A stretch of 64,000 bases of DNA from an uncultured virus (IMG/VR IMGVR_UViG_3300023108_000018). Taxonomy: Duplodnaviria > Heunggongvirae > Uroviricota > Caudoviricetes. Every line of letters starts with the position of its first letter. The first letter of the stretch is position 1. The stretch lies in IMG/VR virus record IMGVR_UViG_3300023108_000018, one strand, 5' to 3'. The translations under genes were made by a program, and so were the position numbers. Below the pieces are notes generated by a model. It saw only the letters and a list, made by a program, of their open reading frames with translations. It did no database searches and was not told the origin of the DNA. This document shows positions 1-8,351 of this stretch, in pieces.

Positions 1-23
1 TGGTCATATACCCAATGTGACAT
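1..23 (-). CDS. 5' start of a gene running off the window (MSHWVYD...)
   Basis: ATG at 23 preceded by an AAGGAG RBS and a sigma70-type promoter. Confidence 0.5.
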
Positions 24-54
24 AATTTACTCCTTATTTGTTATTTGATAGTAT

Positions 55-84
55 AGTATACTAAAAAATGAGGAGCATTGTCAA
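55..84 (-). promoter_or_regulatory. sigma70-type (early) promoter
   Basis: TTGACA-N18-TATACT on the - strand. Confidence 0.65.
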
Positions 85-87
85 GCG

Positions 88-735
88 TTACATACGGAGT
101 GTTACGTGGTCTCTATCTAGGTCTTTTGATGCTTGATCTATCATCATTTTATTGAAGTCTGAGGTAAACCATAGTGCAATAGTCCACCTAGAACACCCTC
201 TAACGGTCTCTACGCCGTGCAAATGGTGTATCCCTTGGAATAGGGTTCCTGACCCCACTTTAGGTTCTATAAACGTCTCTTCTTCGTTCAATTCAGACTG
301 TGGGAAATAGGTTCTACCGTCCCTGTAATCGTTATTTAAATTGACAATACACGTCCATTCACGTGCTGGATTTGCAGGGTCATTGTCTGATTCTAGGTCA
401 GGATTACTGTAAAGGTCAGTATGAGGTTTCTGTACTCCACCAATAGGCCACTCACATATAATAGTGGTCTCAGGATATACAGTTCGATTAGAAATCTTTT
501 TAATTTCACCCAAGAGTGAATACTCTACGTGATTTAGAAGGTCTCGGATTCGTTGATTGAAGATGTGTACTTTATTTATTGCAGTATAGTCTGACCCATC
601 ACCCACTGTTCGCAGATGGTTGTGGTGTTTCATCCACATTATCAGTTCCTTGCACACTTCCTTCGTCAACAGATTCGGCGTCCTTACGGGCTTGTGAATC
701 TCTAATTGCTTTTGCGATTGCTTGGTTTCGTTCAT
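88..735 (-). CDS. 2OG-Fe(II) oxygenase, prolyl-4-hydroxylase-like
   Basis: HTD...HGV...R-W-T motif set (HxD...H...R); start uncertain (735 vs 639/633). Confidence 0.8.
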   Translation of the reverse strand: MNETKQSQKQLEIHKPVRTPNLLTKEVCKELIMWMKHHNHLRTVGDGSDYTAINKVHIFNQRIRDLLNHVEYSLLGEIKKISNRTVYPETTIICEWPIGGVQKPHTDLYSNPDLESDNDPANPAREWTCIVNLNNDYRDGRTYFPQSELNEEETFIEPKVGSGTLFQGIHHLHGVETVRGCSRWTIALWFTSDFNKMMIDQASKDLDRDHVTLRM

Positions 736-1237
736 ACTCTAATCTTTTACGTCTCTCTTTAGGTCTTGCCTTTAGAGCTCTTTCAATTTTAAATCTTGAT
801 GCACGTTGAAGGAATATGATTCCATTCAAGTGATCTATTTCATGTTGAACACATCTTGCACCTATTCCATCAAGTGTAATAATGTGTTCCTCTCCCTCAG
901 AATCAAAATACTTTAATTCAATTACTTTTGATCTTTTGATCATCAGATAGATATCAGGAAATGATAAACATCCTTCCTTTAATAAATCTGTTTCCTGTGA
1001 CACTTTAAGTAACTCAGGATTAAAGAATGCTTTGATACCTGCATCAGCAGTTTTCATTACAAACATTCTGTATGGAAGACCAACTTGGTTTGCAGATAAT
1101 CCTATTCCACCAAATCTTTCCATCGCTTCAGACATTTTCTCTTCAATAAGTTTTGGGTCTTCAGGGGGGTTTTCGAAGTCAAATAGTTCAGGGGGGTTCC
1201 TAAGAACCTTTGATGCTTCTTCTATTAATTCTAACAT
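599..1237 (-). CDS. def: peptide deformylase
   Basis: GIGLSANQ, EGCLS and QHEIDH motifs. Confidence 0.95.
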   Translation of the reverse strand: MLELIEEASKVLRNPPELFDFENPPEDPKLIEEKMSEAMERFGGIGLSANQVGLPYRMFVMKTADAGIKAFFNPELLKVSQETDLLKEGCLSFPDIYLMIKRSKVIELKYFDSEGEEHIITLDGIGARCVQHEIDHLNGIIFLQRASRFKIERALKARPKERRKRLEYERNQAIAKAIRDSQARKDAESVDEGSVQGTDNVDETPQPSANSG

Positions 1238-1240
1238 AGT

Positions 1241-2632
1241 CTATTTCGTAATTAATCCTGATGATGTCATATATAATGCCTTACCTGACCATCCACCTGA
1301 ACTTCTAGTTCTTAGTGTAATGGGTAATACACATGTCTTACCAGTTGGTTTATGTTTAAAGTGTACTTTGAAAGACTGTTGTCCATCTTTGTACTCTATT
1401 TTAATTGAACTGTATGCACGTTTATCTTTCTCTAAGAAGATTGCTTTTAGTTCTTCGTTCTCTCCTACATCTTTGATAACAGATTTTGACTCTGCACCAA
1501 TCAGGAGTTTGTAAGGACATGGAGTTGAATCTGCATCAGGGTATGTATAGAACCCCATAGTGTTCAACATGTATTGTAAGTTGACATCTTTCTTCAGGTG
1601 TTTACTGAAACTGTCTATAAGTGTATTCCTATAAGTGTAATAGAAACCATCTTGATAAAAGTTTAATCCGTGTTTGATAAACTCTCTTGCAATCTTAACG
1701 AATGTAGATTTTGAACCACCTTCAGTGTACTTCTCTTTTGACACTTTCTTTAATAGTGGTGTGATTGATTTCTTTAATTGTACATTTTTTACATTATCAA
1801 ATGCAGCTTTGAGTGATTTATCAATGAATCCCTTGATCGTTTTGACTTGTTTAGTGTCGTTTAACTTTTCGTATTGTGCAACGATAGATGCATTCATTTT
1901 AGGTGTTGCATCTTTACCACCTGCGATCTTATTAGAATAACCTACGAAACCATCATCAAGTTCAATGATAACATCTGAAGGATTTAAATCACTAATACCA
2001 TTACCCTTTCCTCTTGGAACCCAATATAGTTTCTTTATAGTTCTACCTTTAAGGTCATTCAATACTGCAGTTGCATTTGACATTCCTATTTTGATGTCTC
2101 TTTGTGCAGTTTCATCTTTATCTAAAAGATCGACTAATTCTTCATAGGTTACTTTTCCACCTTCACCATTTAAGATACCAGTGTCACCAGTCTTACCAGC
2201 TGTAATTTTTTCCCATTCAATACTATCCATGTTCTTTTCTGCTTGATGAACCATGAAGTATACTGTTAAGAATTCATTGACGTTAGATGATGCAGTAGAG
2301 TCCTTACGTTTCTTCATTCCGAAGTGGTCTTTAACTGCAGACTTAGTTGTTCTTATATAATAGGGTTGGTCTACTCCATCCTTCTCGACTTGGAAAAAGA
2401 ATTTACCATTACCTAATGTAAGTAACTCTTCTCCTGCTGGGGTGTTGGTACACTTGAATTTGATTTCACCATCACCCACTATATTAGTGATGGGTTCCAT
2501 CTTAGTATCTAAAATATAATAGGGATTGAATACACCTTTTCGTTGATAATCAGGACTCACAGTTAACTCAGAGATAACTCTCTTAGTGTTCGTTGTAGTG
2601 TCTAATCCTGTGAACTCTGAAAAACTTTTCAT
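1241..2632 (-). CDS. hypothetical protein, possible PD-(D/E)xK nuclease-like
   Basis: 463-aa ORF; NPSDV...GYSNK resembles a nuclease motif; MKSFSEF N-terminus typical of T4-like phage proteins. Confidence 0.45.
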   Translation of the reverse strand: MKSFSEFTGLDTTTNTKRVISELTVSPDYQRKGVFNPYYILDTKMEPITNIVGDGEIKFKCTNTPAGEELLTLGNGKFFFQVEKDGVDQPYYIRTTKSAVKDHFGMKKRKDSTASSNVNEFLTVYFMVHQAEKNMDSIEWEKITAGKTGDTGILNGEGGKVTYEELVDLLDKDETAQRDIKIGMSNATAVLNDLKGRTIKKLYWVPRGKGNGISDLNPSDVIIELDDGFVGYSNKIAGGKDATPKMNASIVAQYEKLNDTKQVKTIKGFIDKSLKAAFDNVKNVQLKKSITPLLKKVSKEKYTEGGSKSTFVKIAREFIKHGLNFYQDGFYYTYRNTLIDSFSKHLKKDVNLQYMLNTMGFYTYPDADSTPCPYKLLIGAESKSVIKDVGENEELKAIFLEKDKRAYSSIKIEYKDGQQSFKVHFKHKPTGKTCVLPITLRTRSSGGWSGKALYMTSSGLITK

Positions 2633-2644
2633 AATACTATTTAT

Positions 2645-4360
2645 CTATTCTGCAATGCGACTGAAGTTTTTATGTTTCTCAAAACGAATCACATTCTCAA
2701 ACTTGTCATATAATACATCACCTTTATGACTAATAATAAATGCATTAGTCTTCTCTGTCAAGGTGTTTAGAAGTTTTAAGAAATCATCTGTTCCATTAGT
2801 GTCAAGTGAACTATCAAAAACTTCGTCTAATATCAATAGATTAGTGTTCACTGAGTTCTTCATACGTGCAACAGCTCTCCAAGTGAATAGTAATGATAAG
2901 TCAATCCTCATCTTTTCACCCTGTGAGAAGTTATCGTATTTGAATACATCCCTGAACCTAGACTTGATGGTTTCTTCAAATGATTCGTTTAATTCAAAAC
3001 CAACATAGAATTCTAATTGTGCAAGATACTTGTTAATCAGTTTGTTCATGATTGGAACGTACTGTTTGATAATCTTTTGTCTTACACCTTGATCACGTAG
3101 AAGTGTCACTGCAATATCATGATAGTGTTTCTGTTCTACTAAATTCTCTTTCTTTCTGTGTAGGATGTCTAAAGAATCTTCTTCAGTTTCTATTTCATCT
3201 TGTACATTATTGTTCCCTGTTTGTTCTTCCTCAAGTTTAGTGATCTCTCCTTGAATCTTCTTAATAAATTTTTGGTTTGAAACCACTTCCGATTGAAGAA
3301 GTCCGATATCCTTTTGTACCTTTTCGATACTATCCTGTACCTGTGAGATTTCGTCGAGTCTTGATTGTGCTGAATTAATCGTCTCCTCGATTGATGCAAT
3401 TGCATGGTTGATCTCATCTGCCTTCGCCTTGCGTTCTGCAATGTGTTTCTCCTTGTGTTCTTGATCTAACCCCTGTTTACACGTTGGACAGTCATCATTT
3501 TCCTCATAGAATTCGACATCTTTAATTGCCTTTCTACGAGCCTCTTGCAACTGTCTCTCCAATTCTGTTGCTTGTTTGAGTCTATCGCCTTGAGGGTCTT
3601 TATCCTTGATGGTGGATTTTTTCTCCACCACATCTTTCGTCTTTTCATCCACTTCTCCTAAAAGTTTATCGATGTTATTTTGTGTTTCATCAACGGTGGA
3701 TTCATACTGTTTGATTTTCTTTTCACGATTTTCACGAAGTGCATTGAGTTGATTATTAAGTCCGTTGATACGTTCTTCTAATATTTCAATTTCATGATTA
3801 TTGTCATTCACTTCAATCTTGTGGTCAGAAATCTTTTTCTTTAGTATGTCAGACATAGTTGTAAAGATAGAGATATCCAACAAGTCTTCTACAAGTTTAC
3901 GTCTTTCAACTGCCTTTAACTGCATGAAAGGTGTAAAGTTTGCAGAACCTAGTATTGCGACTTGAGTAAAGGAACGGTAACTCATTTTGAGTACGTTCTT
4001 TTCTAGGTGTTCTTGATAGTCTCTCATGGTTGCATCTTGATTGATAAGTACATCATTCATGTACAATTCAAACTTATTTGGTTTCGCACCACGGAGTACT
4101 TTGTATCGTTTCTTACCAATATCAAACTCAACCTCAACTACAAGGTCACGTCCATTGATAGAATTGATAAGAAGGTCTTTCTTGAGATTACGGAACCCTT
4201 TACCATAGAGTCCAAAACAAAGTGCATCTAATAGGGTAGACTTCCCTGCACCATTCTCTCCCAAGATTAATGTTGTTTGATGTGAGTCTAGTTGTATTTC
4301 AGTAAACTTGTTACCTGAGCTCAGTAAATTTTTGTATCTTACTTTTCGAAAATTTATCAT
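2645..4360 (-). CDS. gp46: recombination endonuclease ATPase subunit gp46 (Rad50/SbcC-like)
   Basis: Walker A GENGAGKS, CPTC zinc hook, FSQGE signature, LILDE Walker B. Confidence 0.97.
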   Translation of the reverse strand: MINFRKVRYKNLLSSGNKFTEIQLDSHQTTLILGENGAGKSTLLDALCFGLYGKGFRNLKKDLLINSINGRDLVVEVEFDIGKKRYKVLRGAKPNKFELYMNDVLINQDATMRDYQEHLEKNVLKMSYRSFTQVAILGSANFTPFMQLKAVERRKLVEDLLDISIFTTMSDILKKKISDHKIEVNDNNHEIEILEERINGLNNQLNALRENREKKIKQYESTVDETQNNIDKLLGEVDEKTKDVVEKKSTIKDKDPQGDRLKQATELERQLQEARRKAIKDVEFYEENDDCPTCKQGLDQEHKEKHIAERKAKADEINHAIASIEETINSAQSRLDEISQVQDSIEKVQKDIGLLQSEVVSNQKFIKKIQGEITKLEEEQTGNNNVQDEIETEEDSLDILHRKKENLVEQKHYHDIAVTLLRDQGVRQKIIKQYVPIMNKLINKYLAQLEFYVGFELNESFEETIKSRFRDVFKYDNFSQGEKMRIDLSLLFTWRAVARMKNSVNTNLLILDEVFDSSLDTNGTDDFLKLLNTLTEKTNAFIISHKGDVLYDKFENVIRFEKHKNFSRIAE

Positions 4361-5424
4361 AGATAGTTATGTTCATCAAGGGCTTCATTATATAATGAGG
4401 TCATCAAATCTGTAAGAGGTTTTTTCTTCCCTTGAATGTCGAGACCTTCTATGTACTTTGTGAGGATGGTTAGAGTGTCTTCAACGTCACCCATATCTTC
4501 ATCATCCATAAAGTCCATGTGTTTATTATCGTCAACAACTGAAACATGAAGAGGACTTACTGCATGTATTTTGTCTAAGAATGTATCAAACCAATAAGGA
4601 TTGTCTTTATTGACAACTACAATCTTAGTAAACTTACCAGTGTATTTTGAGTAATCTGCATTTGATATTGTTTCAAATGTTTCCTTTGTATCATCATAGA
4701 ATGCCTTTTCAAACATTGTAATAGGATTGTGTACAGGAAGTAGATCACGTGTTTCAGTATCAAAGATATGAAAGTGTTTACCATCACCATAGTCAGACCA
4801 AGTGAATTGCATCTGAGACCCTAGGTATCTGATATTTGCGAATTCAGATTTTTGATGGAAGTGTCCACTTAAAACTTTCTCGAATCGTTTTACATAAGAA
4901 TGGTCAAGTCCATGTTGACACGTCATGCCTGGCATCATCAATGCACCTTCAAATTCGAAGTGTCCCATACACCATTCTGCATTTGCGTTCATTAAGAATT
5001 CAACTGAGTCTGCATAGTTCTCAGGATTAATCCATGGAACCAGTGCAACATTAAACCCATCAAAATCCTTTACAATAGGTTCAGAAATAACGTTAACGTT
5101 TGGTTGATTGTATAACAACAACTCAGGTGCATTAACATCATTGGTATTCTTATAATAGGTGTCATGGTTACCTAGAATCAAATCCATAGTAATCCCACGT
5201 TCATTCATAGGTTCTATAAAGTGATCTAGATTTGCCTTCATAGATGCAAAGTTAATATACTTTCTTCTATCAAAGTAATCTCCTAGGTGGACAATGTGTT
5301 TAATATCATGTTCATCCAAATATGGAAAGAACACTTCATTATAAAAACGACCTTGATATTTGGCCATTTCAATCATGTCACCTCTGACACCACAATGGGT
5401 ATCGTTCAGTATCGCAAATTTCAT
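4357..5424 (-). CDS. gp47: recombination endonuclease subunit gp47 (Mre11/SbcD-like)
   Basis: DTH, GDYFD, GNHD and GHFH phosphoesterase motifs; adjacent to gp46. Confidence 0.96.
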   Translation of the reverse strand: MKFAILNDTHCGVRGDMIEMAKYQGRFYNEVFFPYLDEHDIKHIVHLGDYFDRRKYINFASMKANLDHFIEPMNERGITMDLILGNHDTYYKNTNDVNAPELLLYNQPNVNVISEPIVKDFDGFNVALVPWINPENYADSVEFLMNANAEWCMGHFEFEGALMMPGMTCQHGLDHSYVKRFEKVLSGHFHQKSEFANIRYLGSQMQFTWSDYGDGKHFHIFDTETRDLLPVHNPITMFEKAFYDDTKETFETISNADYSKYTGKFTKIVVVNKDNPYWFDTFLDKIHAVSPLHVSVVDDNKHMDFMDDEDMGDVEDTLTILTKYIEGLDIQGKKKPLTDLMTSLYNEALDEHNYL

Positions 5425-5978
5425 TCTGTAAATTTATCTAATGTTGATGTTTTCTTTTTGTTTGTTCGTTTTGATTTCCTTGGTTCGTATTCAACACGAT
5501 TCATGTTCTCTTGCATCCACTCTACGTTGGTATTGGTTAAACTTGGGTCATAGACTCCATCAATCGTTTCGAAAGCATCCATGGTCACATTCGTTGCATC
5601 AATCGCCTGTTGTTTTATGAATACCTGTTTCTTCTCCTTTTGAATTCGTCTTAGGAATGCATAATAACAGATTTGAGTGACGTATGCGAATGCATTATTT
5701 GATTTTTCTTGATTAAAGTTACCAATATACTGAATACAATTTTCAATTGCATCACAGATCATTTCATCCCTGTAAGTATAATTGATAAAGTTTGGACGTG
5801 TAGATAGTCGAGTTGCGATCTTATAGATACACTCTCCTATGTACTCGGTCATCCTTGGTGGGGTTTTCCCCTTTGATTCTGCGAGTTTAACCGCTTGATT
5901 AAAATCGGAGACTGCTTGAGTGAACTCTTTGTTGTTAACATAGTGTTCTGCCTTTTTAGGGTCTTTTTTAGTAGTCAT
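5421..5978 (-). CDS. gp55: late-transcription sigma factor gp55
   Basis: HYVNNKEF, NFINYTYRDEMICDAIENC, AFAYVTQICYYAFLRRIQKEK; likely start ATG 5978 (MTTKK). Confidence 0.95.
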   Translation of the reverse strand: MTTKKDPKKAEHYVNNKEFTQAVSDFNQAVKLAESKGKTPPRMTEYIGECIYKIATRLSTRPNFINYTYRDEMICDAIENCIQYIGNFNQEKSNNAFAYVTQICYYAFLRRIQKEKKQVFIKQQAIDATNVTMDAFETIDGVYDPSLTNTNVEWMQENMNRVEYEPRKSKRTNKKKTSTLDKFTE

Positions 5979-5984
5979 ACGTAT

Positions 5985-6013
5985 ATAATACACGAAAACC
6001 CCTGATTCTACAA
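5985..6013 (-). promoter_or_regulatory. sigma70-type promoter for gp55-47-46
   Basis: TTGTAG-N17-TATTAT, with the -10 box ending 6 nt before the ATG. Confidence 0.6.
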
Positions 6014-6022
6014 GGGGGTTTT
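5995..6022. terminator. hairpin / probable intrinsic terminator after iscA
   Basis: AAAACCCC...GGGGTTTT inverted repeat with T-tract. Confidence 0.55.
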
Positions 6023-6031
6023 ATATATTTA

Positions 6032-6355
6032 TTAAACAGTGAAATTTACAGACACACCACATCCACATGATGCAGTTTCTTTAGGATTTATAAATTTAAA
6101 AAAGGAATTGAGTCCTTCTATTACAAAGTCTAGTGTCATACCTTCTATATATGGTACACTATCTTGGTCGATTAGTATAGAGAATTTTCCATAATCTACG
6201 ATGGTATCATGTGCATCAGGAACCATAGAGCTATCAAAGATGTATTCAAAACCAGCACAACCCCCACCAGTAACACCAACTCTGATGTGGTTAAATCCAT
6301 CCCTTTGTTGCAACGATAGGATTTGAGTAATCGCCTCATTTGTAACTTCTATCAT
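6032..6355 (-). CDS. iscA: IscA/HesB Fe-S cluster carrier protein
   Basis: GGGCAGFEY and C-terminal CGCG motifs. Confidence 0.92.
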   Translation of the reverse strand: MIEVTNEAITQILSLQQRDGFNHIRVGVTGGGCAGFEYIFDSSMVPDAHDTIVDYGKFSILIDQDSVPYIEGMTLDFVIEGLNSFFKFINPKETASCGCGVSVNFTV

Positions 6356-6786
6356 AGTCCGTTTTCAGGATAGAGATTATGTTTCCTATGTGCAGTCTTT
6401 TGTTCCCAGTCCTCTATTGCTTTATGGATACTTTCCTCTGCAAGGACTGAACAGTGAATCTTAATAGGTGGTAAATCTAATGCATCTGCAATGTCTTTAT
6501 CTTTAACTAGTTTTGCTTCTTCTATTGTTTTACCTTTTAACATATCCACAAACATAGAAGAACTTGCGATTGCAGAACCACATCCGTATGTTTTAAATAC
6601 AACATCCTCGATTCTGTCATCGATATCTAGTTTTAATTGAAGTCGCATTACGTCTCCACATGCAGGAGCACCAGCCATTCCAGTTGCGACATTGGGGTCG
6701 TTGGGGTCAAATCTCCCAACGTTGAATGATTTAGGATTGTTCGTTACTTGTTCGAACCTCTCCAATACCTCTTTCGAATAGGGCAT
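6352..6786 (-). CDS. iscU: IscU Fe-S scaffold protein
   Basis: GAPACGDVM, FKTYGCGSAIASSS, LPPIKIHCS. Confidence 0.95.
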   Translation of the reverse strand: MPYSKEVLERFEQVTNNPKSFNVGRFDPNDPNVATGMAGAPACGDVMRLQLKLDIDDRIEDVVFKTYGCGSAIASSSMFVDMLKGKTIEEAKLVKDKDIADALDLPPIKIHCSVLAEESIHKAIEDWEQKTAHRKHNLYPENGL

Positions 6787-6910
6787 ATTCTATCTTCTCC
6801 AGTCGTTCTAACAACTCTTTGAACCCATCAAATTCACAAAGACCTATAGGAGGATGAGAATCCTTCTCTAAGGTTTCTATTCTTTGTATAATTTTCTGTA
6901 GTTCATCCAC
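6731..6910 (-). CDS. small hypothetical protein (59 aa, GTG start; not in ORF track)
   Basis: open frame (M)DELQKIIQRIETLEKDSHPPIGLCEFDG...; TATAAATA box 4 nt upstream; overlaps the iscU start. Confidence 0.55.
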   Translation of the reverse strand: MDELQKIIQRIETLEKDSHPPIGLCEFDGFKELLERLEKIEYALFERGIGEVRTSNEQS

Positions 6911-6914
6911 TCTA

Positions 6915-6922
6915 TATTTATA
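6915..6922 (-). promoter_or_regulatory. T4-type late promoter
   Basis: TATAAATA upstream of small ORF-iscU-iscA. Confidence 0.7.
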
Positions 6923-7007
6923 TAAAAAAAATTAAAAAAGTCCCTTGTACATTCATAAAAATATGATATACTAATTATGTCCCACAGGGGATGCTTATAT
7001 AAAGAGA

Positions 7008-7211
7008 TTATCCTGCATAGGATGGGGATAGTAACCAAAAGATTCCTAACATCCCACCAAACATCGTCAACTGTATTAACGTTGGTATGACGACGAAATA
7101 CATGAGTGGGTCAGGTTTTCCACTGCGAAAGAAGTCTGTCCTTTCCCACTCTTTAACCTCTTCAGGTGATGCATCTCTAGGTTTATTTAGAGGTAGAGAT
7201 AACTGTGACAT
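7008..7211 (-). CDS. small membrane protein
   Basis: 67 aa with a hydrophobic C-terminal segment; start abuts the upstream stop. Confidence 0.65.
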   Translation of the reverse strand: MSQLSLPLNKPRDASPEEVKEWERTDFFRSGKPDPLMYFVVIPTLIQLTMFGGMLGIFWLLSPSYAG

Positions 7212-7471
7212 CAGTCAGATTTTTTTGGACACCTGTTTCTGATCATATACTCTGATGACTTTCTAAGTTCTTTCTTAGATAGTTTACCATCTTTGTTTTT
7301 GTCAGCATGCTTAAAAAGCCCAGGCTTAACGACACAACCCATTTGTGATAATTCACTAGGGACGACGAACCCATCTGAATCTAAGTCAAATTTTCTCATT
7401 CTCCAGTCATCTGCGTATGCATTTGTTACAAACCCAAGAGTAACTATAAGTGCAAAAATTTGTTTTTTCAT
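7211..7471 (-). CDS. secreted EF-hand protein
   Basis: start MKKQIF after GGAG RBS; signal peptide ending AYA; EF-hand loops DLDSDGFVVPSE and DKNKDGKLSKKE. Confidence 0.75.
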   Translation of the reverse strand: MKKQIFALIVTLGFVTNAYADDWRMRKFDLDSDGFVVPSELSQMGCVVKPGLFKHADKNKDGKLSKKELRKSSEYMIRNRCPKKSD

Positions 7472-7479
7472 TTGTTCTC

Positions 7480-7626
7480 CTAAACGATAGGTGCAATGGC
7501 GAATGTGCAAGTCACGAATACTAAAACGAGAGTCACTAGTTCAAGTGCCTCTAAAAAGTCAGCTTCAGTAGTACCACGAATTCCATGCTCGGCATCACGT
7601 ACTAATTTTTTGACCAATTCAGTCAT
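7480..7626 (-). CDS. small membrane peptide (48 aa; not in ORF track)
   Basis: MTELVKKLVRDAEHGIRG...LVTLVLVFVTCTFAIAPIV; downstream of TATAAATA at 7682-7689. Confidence 0.55.
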   Translation of the reverse strand: MTELVKKLVRDAEHGIRGTTEADFLEALELVTLVLVFVTCTFAIAPIV

Positions 7627-7681
7627 ATTGTTTTATTAACTCCATTGATAATGTGATATAACTGCACGTTATACACGTGGA

Positions 7682-7689
7682 TATTTATA
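7682..7689 (-). promoter_or_regulatory. T4-type late promoter
   Basis: TATAAATA. Confidence 0.6.
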
Positions 7690-7728
7690 AAACTTTTATT
7701 TCTAACAGATATATTTTTGAAAATTATT

Positions 7729-7818
7729 TTATGGACAAACTTTGTATGATTTATAGAAAGTATATGCGCCTGTGATTATAGGCAACATCATTAGAGTTGC
7801 AAGTAAAAAAATTTCCAT
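7729..7818 (-). CDS. small hydrophobic peptide (29 aa; not in ORF track)
   Basis: MEIFLLATLMMLPIITGAYTFYKSYKVCP; TAATG stop/start coupling with the upstream gene. Confidence 0.45.
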   Translation of the reverse strand: MEIFLLATLMMLPIITGAYTFYKSYKVCP

Positions 7819-8351
7819 TAGTGGATTTTCTTCTTGTCTTTAGGTGGTCTTGCAGAAAAGAAATCTTCGTATTCGTCACGTTCCAAATCCAGTTCCTCTT
7901 GCATAGCCTCTAACCATTCTAGGTCTGCTTCTTCAGGATGTCTTTGCATGTCCATCATTCTTTTTACCAAGTCATCTAATTGTGACCTGACATCTACTTG
8001 GTCACCGATTGGTAAATTATTATCTAGTGGAATAGTTCCAGTCTCTACCATGTTCAACCACTTAGATGATGCGTTGTCATAGAATGGAACTATTTGTTTA
8101 TTAAGTGTGTTCCTATGTAAGATCATATCATCAGGTATTGTCACCGTAGTGTCTGATGATAAAGGTGAGTAAGGATAGAAGGTTGCAATAGTTCTACCTT
8201 TCATAGTTGCAGAGAGGTGACACATCATAGGTAATGTGACCTCGGTCTGACCTTCCAATCGTCTAGTCATACCCATAATCTCTTGACCTGTGTCAAGTCT
8301 GATTACTTCGTATTGATTAGGTACCAAATGTAAATCCTTAGGACTAGCCAT
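7818..8351 (-). CDS. conserved T4-like phage hypothetical protein following uvsW
   Basis: VIRLDTGQEI N-terminal motif, acidic C-terminus, position after uvsW. Confidence 0.7.
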   Translation of the reverse strand: MASPKDLHLVPNQYEVIRLDTGQEIMGMTRRLEGQTEVTLPMMCHLSATMKGRTIATFYPYSPLSSDTTVTIPDDMILHRNTLNKQIVPFYDNASSKWLNMVETGTIPLDNNLPIGDQVDVRSQLDDLVKRMMDMQRHPEEADLEWLEAMQEELDLERDEYEDFFSARPPKDKKKIH

